Under the pieces are notes generated by a model. It worked only from the letters and a program-made list of their open reading frames with translations. It made no database searches and was not told where the DNA came from. Below are positions 1 to 8,550 of a stretch of 64,000 bases of DNA, piece by piece (position 1 is the stretch's first letter; every line of letters begins with the position of its first letter). This DNA comes from a virus. The translations under genes and the position numbers were made by a program. The DNA is taken from positions 1 to 64,000 of IMG/VR virus record IMGVR_UViG_3300030419_007131; one strand, written 5' to 3'.

Positions 1-386
1 TGCCCGTGGGCTACGTCCACACATAGGATTCGCACGCCCGCATCATAAAGGGCTGTCGCTCTATCTAAATAGTCTCCCGATGTGCCTATCGCGGCGCCCG
101 CATTCGCTTGACATAAACTAATAACATGATCTACTATCTCTACTTGGCGCTCGATTGTGTTGTACCGATGCACTACGGCGAGGCCTCCCTCTTGCCACAT
201 CGCCACTCCCATTTCCTCTTCTGAAATGGTGTCCATTGGACTGGCTATGATAGGCAGCCGCAAAGGGACGTAAGCATAGGGGCCGTCGAAGTGGCTCCCA
301 ATGCTTACTTCTGAACGGCTCCGGATGTCTGAGTATTGAGGCGCCAACAGAACATCATCATATGCTAAGGCTTCTTTAATTTTCAT
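1..386 (-). CDS. IMP dehydrogenase / GMP reductase family protein, N-terminal part (runs off window start)
   Basis: Not in the ORF track; manual translation from ATG at 386 gives MKIKEALAYDDVLLAPQYSDIRSRSEV...LPIIASPMDTISE..M...GGLAVVHRYNTIE...ILCVDVAHG, the IMPDH/GMPR N-terminal signatures with no CBS insert. ATG overlaps the upstream TGA (ATGA). Confidence 0.85.
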   Translation of the reverse strand, partial: MKIKEALAYDDVLLAPQYSDIRSRSEVSIGSHFDGPYAYVPLRLPIIASPMDTISEEEMGVAMWQEGGLAVVHRYNTIERQVEIVDHVISLCQANAGAAIGTSGDYLDRATALYDAGVRILCVDVAHG

Positions 387-652
387 TTTCCCATCCTCTC
401 GGCCGCAAGGGTTTCAACCTGCTCCCAACAGGAAGGGCAAGTGAGGAGGGCTCGGTCTTCTTTAACAGTAACATGCCAGGACTGCACTGTGGTTTTGTTT
501 CTTTCAAAAGGTGTCGCACACAAGCAACACTCTTCCGGATGATTTAGCATTGCAGCCGCCTGCTCGGCGAGGACTTTGTTTAATTCCTTACGGATCTGCT
601 TGCGCCTCTTGGTGTTTACCTTGCGTATCTTAGGGCGCTTGGAAGCCTTCAT
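383..652 (-). CDS. hypothetical basic protein with Zn-ribbon (CxxC...CxxC)
   Basis: K/R-rich N-terminus, CCLC and CPSC motifs; ATGA coupling on both sides. Confidence 0.6.
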   Translation of the reverse strand: MKASKRPKIRKVNTKRRKQIRKELNKVLAEQAAAMLNHPEECCLCATPFERNKTTVQSWHVTVKEDRALLTCPSCWEQVETLAAERMGK

Positions 653-1131
653 TCGCCAGTGCTTCCGAGGGCGCCCGAACCACGATTAGAAATTGTAATG
701 GGACACCAATCATAAATGTCAGGGCTTTGAGAGCAGACAAACCGTACCGGGACGACAGGGACCACCACCCCTTGTGCCACCTTGTCGCCGGGTGACAAGA
801 ACTGGGTCTCCGTGCCTACGTTGTGGAGATTAACAAACACCTCTCCCTCATATCCACTGTCCACCACACAAGCTCCCACCAAAAGTTGCCTCTTATGGGC
901 GATGCCGGATTTATTCTTAATCTCCAGCATATAACCATGGGGAATCGCGAACACACACCCAGTAGGGATGAGCACACTTTCTCCTGGCTCAATTTTAAAT
1001 ACTGTTTCTGATGCCTCAGTGGGGCTCCAACGCAAGTCAAGGCCGGCGTCGCTCGGGTTCTCCCTGACAGGAGGGAACTGCTGTCGCGGAACGAGGCCTC
1101 CTCCTCGTACCATATAATATTGTAAAATCAT
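649..1131 (-). CDS. dut: dUTPase (trimeric type)
   Basis: Motifs DAGLDL, KSG, VVDSGYEGE, GDKVAQ, RGSGALGSTG. Confidence 0.93.
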   Translation of the reverse strand: MILQYYMVRGGGLVPRQQFPPVRENPSDAGLDLRWSPTEASETVFKIEPGESVLIPTGCVFAIPHGYMLEIKNKSGIAHKRQLLVGACVVDSGYEGEVFVNLHNVGTETQFLSPGDKVAQGVVVPVVPVRFVCSQSPDIYDWCPITISNRGSGALGSTGE

Positions 1132-1157
1132 TTTAAAAATCCTTTCTGATTTGATTC

Positions 1158-1307
1158 CTACCGTCGACCTTGGCCACGATACTTCTTCTTATAATGCTTG
1201 TTGCCCCCGTGGGGACCTGGTTGTCCGCGCTTGGTAAACTTGCTGTTTCCAATAGAAGTCTTTTTCTTTCTTACTTCGCGCTTCCGCTCTCGATTTTTTT
1301 TCGCCAT
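1158..1307 (-). CDS. small highly basic protein (49 aa)
   Basis: Below ORF-track cutoff; MAKKNRERKREVRKKKTSIGNSKFTKRGQPGPHGGNKHYKKKYRGQGRR fills the gap between dnaE and dut on the operon strand. Confidence 0.6.
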   Translation of the reverse strand: MAKKNRERKREVRKKKTSIGNSKFTKRGQPGPHGGNKHYKKKYRGQGRR

Positions 1308-1315
1308 GATATTCT

Positions 1316-4300
1316 TTATCCTAACAATCTTAAGTTTCTTCTAATCGATCTAGTTGAAAAACCCCATGCAGGATCGAAATCTAATTTACCCATATAGGGA
1401 CGATTCAAATGAATGCGATCTTTCCCTTCTACTATACCCCAACATCTAAACTTTGTCAACACTGAATTAGAATCAATTACTGCAACGATCCAATATGGTT
1501 TTCCATTCTTTGTCTTCTTTCTTATAATCTCTCGTGGAATAAACCACACCAATCCCAACTCCGGGTCATAGTCCGATATGGGAGGCACATAATAACTCTC
1601 CAGTTTGCTTCTCACGTCGTCGGTCATCACCAGATGCATCGGGAAGATGCCGGTGAGCGTCGTCTTGTTATCAATCTCTTCCTCGGTCGTAAAGTCGCCT
1701 TCGTCTTTATACTCCTCGATGTTTTCCAGAAACTTCTTCTTGCTATACACGCGATCGACTGCGACCGCAGACCAGAAGTGCTTGCGTCCCGTAAACCGTT
1801 CGTCCATTAGATTGTTTAGCGCCCCTGACCGAACGAGTACATCCAGCGCTTTCTTGTTCAGCTTGCTGTAGACGATATCGTCGTGGAACAGAAACTCCTC
1901 AATATTATTGAACGGCCTGTTCGCGACAATTTGTTCGATAGCTGCGTCTCCCAATCCCTTAAGTCCTGCGAGGGGCTGAACCAAGCGCTTCGGGTTGTCG
2001 GGATCAATCTCCCACACGAACGAGGAGGTGTTGATGTCTGCCTCCACAATCTCAAAGCCGTTCGACTTCGCGATGTTGATTGCCTTCTCCTTGCGCTTCT
2101 CGGGCTCCTTGTCGAGGAACGATGCCATCCACTCTACTGGGTAGTAGTTGTATAGCCACGCGCATTGGAACGAGATCGCCGAGTATGAGATAGCATGTGA
2201 CTTGTTGAAACCATAGCCCGAGAAGTATTCAAACCTCTCCCACATATCGTCGGCGGTGCCATGACCAATTCCCTTGGATACGCATCCATCAATGAACTTC
2301 TGCTTGAGGCGATTCTTAACGCGAGCTTCTTTGCCCGTGCCCTTCTTGGTCAACACCTTCCGAAGCATGTTGCCCTCGTCTAGCGTAAGGTCTTTGCCGA
2401 GCCTGTGTGCAAGCAGCGCGATCTGCTCTTGGAAGATAAGGAACCCATAGGTCTCTTGGGTTACATCCTTTACGTGCTCATTGATGTAATCAATTTCTCC
2501 GGGATGTGTCTTGGCTTGGATGTATTGCTCGTGCACGTTGGCGGATAGTGGACCTGGGCGATAGATCGAAGTGATGGCCGAGATATCAACTAGTGACTTC
2601 GGCTTTGCGTTCGCGCAGAATTCCTGTGCCCGCTGTTCCGTAAACTGAAAAATACCGGCGAAGTTGGCGCGGTGAAAAATGTTTCTATACACGGCTTGAT
2701 CATCAAAGTCGAGAACATCTGGATGAAGATTCTTATCATAGAACTCTTTCACATCCTCAAATGTCGGATCCGCATTATTATGATGTCTTTTTAAGATATG
2801 CCTAATCGCGCCTTCAATCATCCGGAGGGTTGACAGTCCCAACAAGTCAAACTTGATGAACCCGAGTGGCTCCAAGTGTCGAACGTTCTGCCCCTCCGAC
2901 CAAGGCGACTGTCGAACACCACCCGAACTAATGATCGGCATGTGCTCGTTCAAGTCATCCGCAATCAACACGCCCCCCGCATGACGGGAGCAGGACCGAA
3001 CCTGTCCGACCAGCGCCTCAACGTGCGTCTTGATGTGCGGATACTTTACTAGGAAGCCGCGCAGGGAAGGTGACAATTCCATCACCTCTTCCCAAGTCGG
3101 AGTATAAACTCCAGCCTTGATCCCGTGCTTTGCTTTGGCTGCCGGAGTAGCCTCGAAAATCATACTGGAGGTTACCTTGTTGACTTCAGTAAACTCGATT
3201 CCGTAAAACTTTGAAATGTCCTTGATGAGAGACTTCAACTGCAGAGTGTTCCAGTTTGAAATCGGAACAACTGAGTTCTTGCCCCAGTCTTCCATGAGCA
3301 TCTCCTTGAGTTCCATTGGCTCTGCAACATCATAATCAATATCTGGATAGTCTGTTGCATCCTTGCGCAAGAATCTCTCAAAGAGGAGTCCATACTTGAT
3401 GGGATCAATCTGAGTGATGCCCAGAACATAGGCCACCAGAGAGCCAGCCGCGGAACCACGACCAGGACCAGTCAACTGCACTTGGTTTGCCTTATCAGAG
3501 ATCGCCTTCATGGTCAAGAAGTATTTGCTAAATCCTCGGTCCTCGATAACATCAAGCTCCATCTGCAATCGGTCAGTGTATTCCTTATTATCGTGGAGGC
3601 CGCGTTGGCGCAACCCCTCCAAGGCATAGTTTACCAAAGCCTCGGCGTCGGTGAATCCTGCCGGGACCACGAAGTCTGGAAGTTTGACTGTGGTGTCAGG
3701 CACAAAGTCTTCAATTCTATTGAAAGCAATGTTGTGTGTCTCGGTGATCGAATCCATAACCAGCTGGTCATCATACTCAAAGCCACCGGTCTTGGAATAA
3801 TACTTATAGGCGTCCCACATCTGGTTGCCATTCTTGGGATACAGCTCGTACCCTATCTCTTCAACACCGTCAGGCAGTTCTGTATTGTCCTCCGCCCATG
3901 CTGGCGTTCCTTTGCCAAGCCAGCCGAGGCGCTTGTACAGTTCTCGGTCCTTCCAGGCTTCGTTGTTTGGATAATGACTGTCCGCTGTCGAGATAAGAGT
4001 AATGTCAAACTCTTTAGAGGTTTCGATAATGTACTGATTCAATTCATGCTGCTCTGGAATATTGTTCCACTGGAGTTCTCCGTACCAGCGATCCCCAAAG
4101 ATCTTTACAAACTGACGACTGGTTTCCCTCATCGCCTCGCGCACTGCTTCGGGGCCTTCCTCGCGGTTAGCCCAATAGTTCCCGGCGTACGGACCCCCTA
4201 GACAAGCAGAGGATGCGATAACCCCCTCTGAGTATTTGTCGAGCAGTTTGTAGTCCACGCGAGGATAGCGATAGAAGTTCTCTTCCTTATATGATTCGGA

Positions 4301-4756
4301 GATGAGCTTGAACAGGTTGTTCAGACCCGTTTGATTCTGCGCCAGGAGCACAAGGTGGCGGCGGCGGTTGAGAATGTTCTTTACGGCCTTCTTCGAGGCC
4401 TCTTCGTCCTCAACCGTTGCGCCGGAAGTATCTCCCTCTTTTGCCAATGACTTCGCTAGCTTAGCGTCTTCCTTAATGCGGTTGTAGTCATCGCGCCACT
4501 CATCAATGGAGGGCAAGAAGTATGCCTCTACTCCAAAGATAGGTTTAAATTCCTTTCCTTCGGACTTCATCTTCTGCCAGTGTAAAAACTGGTGCGAGAA
4601 CCCATTCATGTTCCCATGGTCTGTGAGAGCAAGTGCTTCGCCCCCGTTCTCATAGCAAAAATCCATGTGCTCATCTGGATATCCGATGGCATCAAAAATA
4701 GAGCCTGCGACGCTATGTGCATGCAGGCCCACGAAAGGAATCTTTTTCTCTGTCAT
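1316..4756 (-). CDS. dnaE: DNA polymerase III alpha subunit (family C, DnaE-type)
   Basis: PHP motifs LHAHS, ALTDHG, GVEAY, TADSHY; polymerase motifs GRGSAAGS, PDIDYD, HAGG, KFDLLGL, YGFNKSHA. Confidence 0.95.
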   Translation of the reverse strand: MTEKKIPFVGLHAHSVAGSIFDAIGYPDEHMDFCYENGGEALALTDHGNMNGFSHQFLHWQKMKSEGKEFKPIFGVEAYFLPSIDEWRDDYNRIKEDAKLAKSLAKEGDTSGATVEDEEASKKAVKNILNRRRHLVLLAQNQTGLNNLFKLISESYKEENFYRYPRVDYKLLDKYSEGVIASSACLGGPYAGNYWANREEGPEAVREAMRETSRQFVKIFGDRWYGELQWNNIPEQHELNQYIIETSKEFDITLISTADSHYPNNEAWKDRELYKRLGWLGKGTPAWAEDNTELPDGVEEIGYELYPKNGNQMWDAYKYYSKTGGFEYDDQLVMDSITETHNIAFNRIEDFVPDTTVKLPDFVVPAGFTDAEALVNYALEGLRQRGLHDNKEYTDRLQMELDVIEDRGFSKYFLTMKAISDKANQVQLTGPGRGSAAGSLVAYVLGITQIDPIKYGLLFERFLRKDATDYPDIDYDVAEPMELKEMLMEDWGKNSVVPISNWNTLQLKSLIKDISKFYGIEFTEVNKVTSSMIFEATPAAKAKHGIKAGVYTPTWEEVMELSPSLRGFLVKYPHIKTHVEALVGQVRSCSRHAGGVLIADDLNEHMPIISSGGVRQSPWSEGQNVRHLEPLGFIKFDLLGLSTLRMIEGAIRHILKRHHNNADPTFEDVKEFYDKNLHPDVLDFDDQAVYRNIFHRANFAGIFQFTEQRAQEFCANAKPKSLVDISAITSIYRPGPLSANVHEQYIQAKTHPGEIDYINEHVKDVTQETYGFLIFQEQIALLAHRLGKDLTLDEGNMLRKVLTKKGTGKEARVKNRLKQKFIDGCVSKGIGHGTADDMWERFEYFSGYGFNKSHAISYSAISFQCAWLYNYYPVEWMASFLDKEPEKRKEKAINIAKSNGFEIVEADINTSSFVWEIDPDNPKRLVQPLAGLKGLGDAAIEQIVANRPFNNIEEFLFHDDIVYSKLNKKALDVLVRSGALNNLMDERFTGRKHFWSAVAVDRVYSKKKFLENIEEYKDEGDFTTEEEIDNKTTLTGIFPMHLVMTDDVRSKLESYYVPPISDYDPELGLVWFIPREIIRKKTKNGKPYWIVAVIDSNSVLTKFRCWGIVEGKDRIHLNRPYMGKLDFDPAWGFSTRSIRRNLRLLG

Positions 4757-5601
4757 TTACTTCTCCCTCTATACATAGTATTTGTGTTCGGACGTTTGGT
4801 TTTCTTCCCCAATTCCGATGATATAAATTTACCATACCCCTCCCAGTTTGTCAAGTCATAAAAGCTATTCATTTCTTGTTCTGTTCCGGCCGGACCGCCC
4901 CCAAACACATCGCCCAGTTCATACCCCAAAGAGACTAGCCGTTCCTCAGGGGGAAGTTTTTCGGTGGGCATGCCTTCGTCAGGTGCCTTCCATACTGAGG
5001 CATTCGTGGTGATCACGCGCTTGGCCCTGCGCCACTCCTCCGGGTCAATCACAAAACTAAGGGGGATTCCATCTTTTACCGTTTTCCCCTGATGGGAGAA
5101 GTAAAAAGGAGCATTCTTCCGCAGCAGCGATCGATGCTCTAGGACCTCTTTAGGATCCATCATGCCCATGGGGAACGATACATAATATTGATCCGGCTGT
5201 GTCCACTTGGAAAACTTGGTGTGTATCCAGTACGCTACGTTCGCCCCATAAAGTGCCGACCACGCATAATTGTCCACCTTGTCTCGGTGCTTAGGGTGAA
5301 TAGGTACATAATAAATGGGAACTTCTATGTGTTTGGTTTGTCCAAACTTAGCAAAAGTGCCGCGTTGGATGCTGTCGATATCCGTGGCCACTTCGCCGAG
5401 CCTGTGCCGCAAGAGGGGGGCGACGTCATCGTTGGCCACAATCCATATTGAGGTACAGCCTGCGTGCAAACATTCATAAACAGTGGCTTCGATTGCAGTA
5501 TAGTTGGGGCCCACCGGAACTAGAGAGGCGTCCCACTCCATACCAAATTCAGTGTGCATCCCAGCCACGGGCACCACCCCAGGCATCGTCAACTTAGCCA
5601 T
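4753..5601 (-). CDS. nucleotidyltransferase-like protein (sugar-phosphate NTP-transferase fold, divergent)
   Basis: N-terminal GVVPVAG...LVPVG...AIE..VYEC..AGC.SIWIV pattern resembles NTP_transferase N-termini. Confidence 0.55.
   Translation of the reverse strand: MAKLTMPGVVPVAGMHTEFGMEWDASLVPVGPNYTAIEATVYECLHAGCTSIWIVANDDVAPLLRHRLGEVATDIDSIQRGTFAKFGQTKHIEVPIYYVPIHPKHRDKVDNYAWSALYGANVAYWIHTKFSKWTQPDQYYVSFPMGMMDPKEVLEHRSLLRKNAPFYFSHQGKTVKDGIPLSFVIDPEEWRRAKRVITTNASVWKAPDEGMPTEKLPPEERLVSLGYELGDVFGGGPAGTEQEMNSFYDLTNWEGYGKFISSELGKKTKRPNTNTMYRGRSK
4826..4854 (-). promoter_or_regulatory. sigma70-like promoter upstream of dnaE, inside the preceding CDS
   Basis: TTGACA-N17-TAAATT with TG extended -10. 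Confidence 0.5.
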
Positions 5602-6325
5602 GTAAAACTATTCTTTCGTCCATCTCTGGGGTTTCTTGGAGTGTAAAAGTATTTTTTACAGCATGTCGGAACGAATGATTAAGCGTCAAGCTTCTCCCGT
5701 TCGGCTGCTTGAAACCGTATTCCTTTAACTTGCGAGCCAAAAAAATACGGACTACAGTTTCTGAGCAATCAAAACTTCTTATCTCTTCAGTGTCAATGAT
5801 ACTGCGTGTGAGCACGTCTTTAAAATCACCTTGGGAATTTCGATCTATCCGGCTAGATGTAACAAAGCGAATCTCTTTCACAAAACTGTCACGAACGTGA
5901 ATATTGAAAGTACGGTCTCCGAGCCTAGAGCCGGCTGTAATATCAAACATATCATGCACCACATAGTCTTCGATGATCTCGATAGCGCCGAAGTCTCCAC
6001 AGTTATCTAAATCAAAAATATGCAACTTATCAAATGTAAGAAGCACTTTTGTATTGCCGTCAGTGACCACCTTGAGTCTTCCCTCATCTAGGGAGACGCG
6101 CTGGACCTCAAATGGAATTGGTAGCAACGACCTCATACCCAAGTCAAAGATGCCTTCATACCATTTATTCTTTATGTCTTGGTATCCAACAAAGTGGTGG
6201 AATGGGCGTTGGTCGCTATTCACAATCAGGTGATAGCCGTGCTCTCGCGCAAACGAAACCGCCTCCTCTCGCCACCCAAGGACTATGTTGTCGAAGGTGT
6301 ATTCAAGAGGAGGCAGTTTCATCAT
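5594..6325 (-). CDS. hypothetical protein
   Basis: 243-aa ORF directly after a near-consensus sigma70 promoter; overlaps the downstream gene. Confidence 0.6.
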   Translation of the reverse strand: MMKLPPLEYTFDNIVLGWREEAVSFAREHGYHLIVNSDQRPFHHFVGYQDIKNKWYEGIFDLGMRSLLPIPFEVQRVSLDEGRLKVVTDGNTKVLLTFDKLHIFDLDNCGDFGAIEIIEDYVVHDMFDITAGSRLGDRTFNIHVRDSFVKEIRFVTSSRIDRNSQGDFKDVLTRSIIDTEEIRSFDCSETVVRIFLARKLKEYGFKQPNGRSLTLNHSFRHAVKNTFTLQETPEMDERIVLHG

Positions 6326-6331
6326 AGTGCT

Positions 6332-6360
6332 AGTATAGCACCGATGATTGGAGGGGTCAA
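6332..6360 (-). promoter_or_regulatory. sigma70-like promoter
   Basis: TTGACC-N17-TATACT with TG; ATG only 6 nt after the -10, so the mRNA is likely leaderless. Confidence 0.7.
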
Positions 6361-6373
6361 GTATTTTGTTTTA

Positions 6374-6709
6374 TTATTCGCGACGCGGACGACCCGCCTG
6401 GGCCGCCTGCTCATCGGGCGTAATTGGCGTGAACTCATCCTCGGCGGACTGGTACCAATATACCCCCCCTATCTCAAGTCCGCCAAGTTCATCAAGCAGT
6501 CCTTCCTCGCCACCCTCCAAGCGCGCTGCTGCAGCTAGCTCGGCGGCGCTCAAGGGCTCGAGGCGTCCTTCATCATTGAGTTTACTCCACAAAGCATTAA
6601 CTTTGTCTATCGCCGACTCGTAACCAACGTCATAGAGCCCCTCATTAAGGAACTTTCTCCAGTTCTCTGTGATTAGCTGGTGGTTTTTAAAACTTGAAAA
6701 CTTGCTCAT
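6374..6709 (-). CDS. hypothetical protein, ENWRKF-leader family (putative internal head protein)
   Basis: N-terminus ...LITENWRKFLNE; GGAGA RBS; CTATTTA motif upstream. Confidence 0.6.
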   Translation of the reverse strand: MSKFSSFKNHQLITENWRKFLNEGLYDVGYESAIDKVNALWSKLNDEGRLEPLSAAELAAAARLEGGEEGLLDELGGLEIGGVYWYQSAEDEFTPITPDEQAAQAGRPRRE

Positions 6710-6728
6710 GGTATATCTCCGCGTATTA

Positions 6729-6735
6729 TAAATAG
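6729..6735 (-). promoter_or_regulatory. putative late promoter motif CTATTTA
   Basis: Same heptamer found upstream of many structural genes. Confidence 0.6.
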
Positions 6736-6760
6736 TCTAACCATAGTCTACCTATCCCAT

Positions 6761-7216
6761 TTATTCTTCTGCGTAACGCTGAAGCTCTTCGTCGTCTAGC
6801 CCTTGTAGTGATGCTACAAAGTCTGGTGTAACAAAGTTCATCGTGCACTCTGCAATTTCGTCAGCATTCGCACGGATAGCCGTCGCAATTGTTTTCTTCA
6901 TCAGCGACTCAATAATATTAGCATCGAAAGGAATATCAGGCACTACTCGATCAGCAAAATCTGCTGCATTGTCCTTTAAATACTGGGCCAATGTTTGCTC
7001 AGCTTCTTGCAAGAAACCCCGAGCCTTCCTTTTAACCATTGCTTGCAGGTCGTCGTCGCTCGCAAGGGCCGCGGTCCCCCCGGTAGCGATGGCGGCCGCA
7101 CCAGCGGCCGCACCTCCCAGTCGTCTCATGGCCGATCGGCGAGACATCTCTTCTTCAGTGAGCAGCTCTTGCTCTTTACTAAAGCGACGCCAGTCTTCCA
7201 TTATAAGTTTCATCAC
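6761..7216 (-). CDS. hypothetical protein, ENWRKF-leader family, with internal twin-arginine-like signal
   Basis: MKLIMEDWRRF..ELLTEEE followed by MSRRSAMRRLGGAAAGAAAIATGGTAALA-SDD. Confidence 0.6.
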   Translation of the reverse strand: MMKLIMEDWRRFSKEQELLTEEEMSRRSAMRRLGGAAAGAAAIATGGTAALASDDDLQAMVKRKARGFLQEAEQTLAQYLKDNAADFADRVVPDIPFDANIIESLMKKTIATAIRANADEIAECTMNFVTPDFVASLQGLDDEELQRYAEE

Positions 7217-7219
7217 TTA

Positions 7220-7226
7220 TAAATAG
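7220..7226 (-). promoter_or_regulatory. putative late promoter motif CTATTTA
   Basis: Lies between the groES stop and the next start codon. Confidence 0.6.
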
Positions 7227-7227
7227 T

Positions 7228-7506
7228 CTAACTATCCGACAAAATACCGATTACGTGGTTTTCCTTGATGACCGTGAAGGTCTCGCCGTTGTGCTCAATA
7301 TCGCGGAGCATGTGTGCTTCCACAACAAGTTGCAATCCGGTGCCCCAAAGGGTCCCCGATTCTCCCGAGCAATTGATTACCTCAACCACTGCGAATGGAC
7401 TCTCGACAGAGCGGTAGTCCTGGGGTAGCAAGATGCCACTCTCTTCAGTGTCTGTGTCCTCGACCGTCTTAACGACGAGGTAATTATTAACTGGTGATAA
7501 ATTCAT
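7228..7506 (-). CDS. groES: co-chaperonin GroES (cpn10; analogous to T4 gp31)
   Basis: LSPVNNYLVVK...ESGILLP mobile loop; C-terminal GETFTVIKENHVIGIL; 92 aa. Confidence 0.8.
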   Translation of the reverse strand: MNLSPVNNYLVVKTVEDTDTEESGILLPQDYRSVESPFAVVEVINCSGESGTLWGTGLQLVVEAHMLRDIEHNGETFTVIKENHVIGILSDS

Positions 7507-7507
7507 T

Positions 7508-8539
7508 TCATAACTCCTGTATTAGTCCTGTGTTTGTCCACTCCTCTAGCCCCTCCGGTGTCCACAGAAGAGCACCATCGGGCGATACGTCAGCCAGCGA
7601 TATAATGGCCGCTGTTCCCAATGTCAGAATGGTTGATCGGATTTCGGGGTCGGTAAACGTCACGTTGGGATTCAAGCAATTAGCTTCACACAGTACATCC
7701 GTGGGACTTTCAAAATCACAATGGTCGGCACTCGTAACTTTAACAATCTGAGAGTCTCCCATCATCTGAAAGAGAGCGAGGCCATTGTTCTCCGCATTGC
7801 ATCCCGAAGGCTCTCCCATAAGGAAGAAGCCCGTAGTAACGTCAGAAGCATACTGCTGGCCGATGAAATCAGCAACTCCGGGGGCGTCCTCAGTATCCGT
7901 AGTATCCAGACCAAGTACGCCAGGAGAGTCGGCATCTTGCGAAGCAGCAATGATAGCTGCCAGGCCTCCTGCCGAGTGGCCTGCATACACCACTTCAGTG
8001 GCACCACGTGATTCTCCGAGTTCAACCATGTTCTGGCCATTCATTTCGTGGTCTACGCCCCATAAAATATTGTAATGACATAGGGTCGGAAGAAGCACTT
8101 CCACACCCCACGAAGCTAGATGGTCAGCCCATCCTGCCATGACTCCAGCACCACGGGCAAAGCCATGACCCAAGACCACAACGGGAGGGTCGGTAACCCC
8201 CTCTGGCACATAGGCGGTATACTCCATATTAGCGCAGTCACTTACGCTAGCTGTAGCTTCCTCTTCACTCACAACATGAGGGCCTCGTTGGCCGAAGTCT
8301 GTGAGCCCTACTGGCTCTTCCGGTTCCTCTGGCTCTTCGGGCTCCTCCTCAGGCTGTTCGGGGGGTTCTTCCTCCTCTACGGGTGCACTGGAGTCGTCGT
8401 CGTCTGACGGCGTTTCTTCGGTGACCTCAACCTCTTCCTCTTCTTCGGCGGGAGCTGGCCCCCCATACGTTGTAACCCGGTAACCACACCCGGTTACTGC
8501 AATTAAAGCCCCCAAAGGGACCACTAAACTAGTTTTCAT
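7508..8539 (-). CDS. lipoprotein alpha/beta-hydrolase (chlorophyllase/PETase-like)
   Basis: Probable start MKTSLVV at 8539; lipobox VTGC; acidic Pro linker; GHGF oxyanion, HLASWG, GHSAGG nucleophile elbow, GLD, DHCDF. Confidence 0.75.
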   Translation of the reverse strand: MKTSLVVPLGALIAVTGCGYRVTTYGGPAPAEEEEEVEVTEETPSDDDDSSAPVEEEEPPEQPEEEPEEPEEPEEPVGLTDFGQRGPHVVSEEEATASVSDCANMEYTAYVPEGVTDPPVVVLGHGFARGAGVMAGWADHLASWGVEVLLPTLCHYNILWGVDHEMNGQNMVELGESRGATEVVYAGHSAGGLAAIIAASQDADSPGVLGLDTTDTEDAPGVADFIGQQYASDVTTGFFLMGEPSGCNAENNGLALFQMMGDSQIVKVTSADHCDFESPTDVLCEANCLNPNVTFTDPEIRSTILTLGTAAIISLADVSPDGALLWTPEGLEEWTNTGLIQEL

Positions 8540-8550
8540 TTTTTTCCTTT

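Noticed and set aside
66-72. CTATTTA inside the IMPDH/GMPR gene
   Set aside because: Mid-gene with no visible downstream start; some chance matches are expected (an opposite-strand copy also occurs at 34874).
3482-4201. 239-aa plus-strand ORF (and similar ones such as 26463..27203, 38837..39388, 43903..44556)
   Set aside because: Antisense shadows of well-supported genes, with no motifs or RBS noticed.
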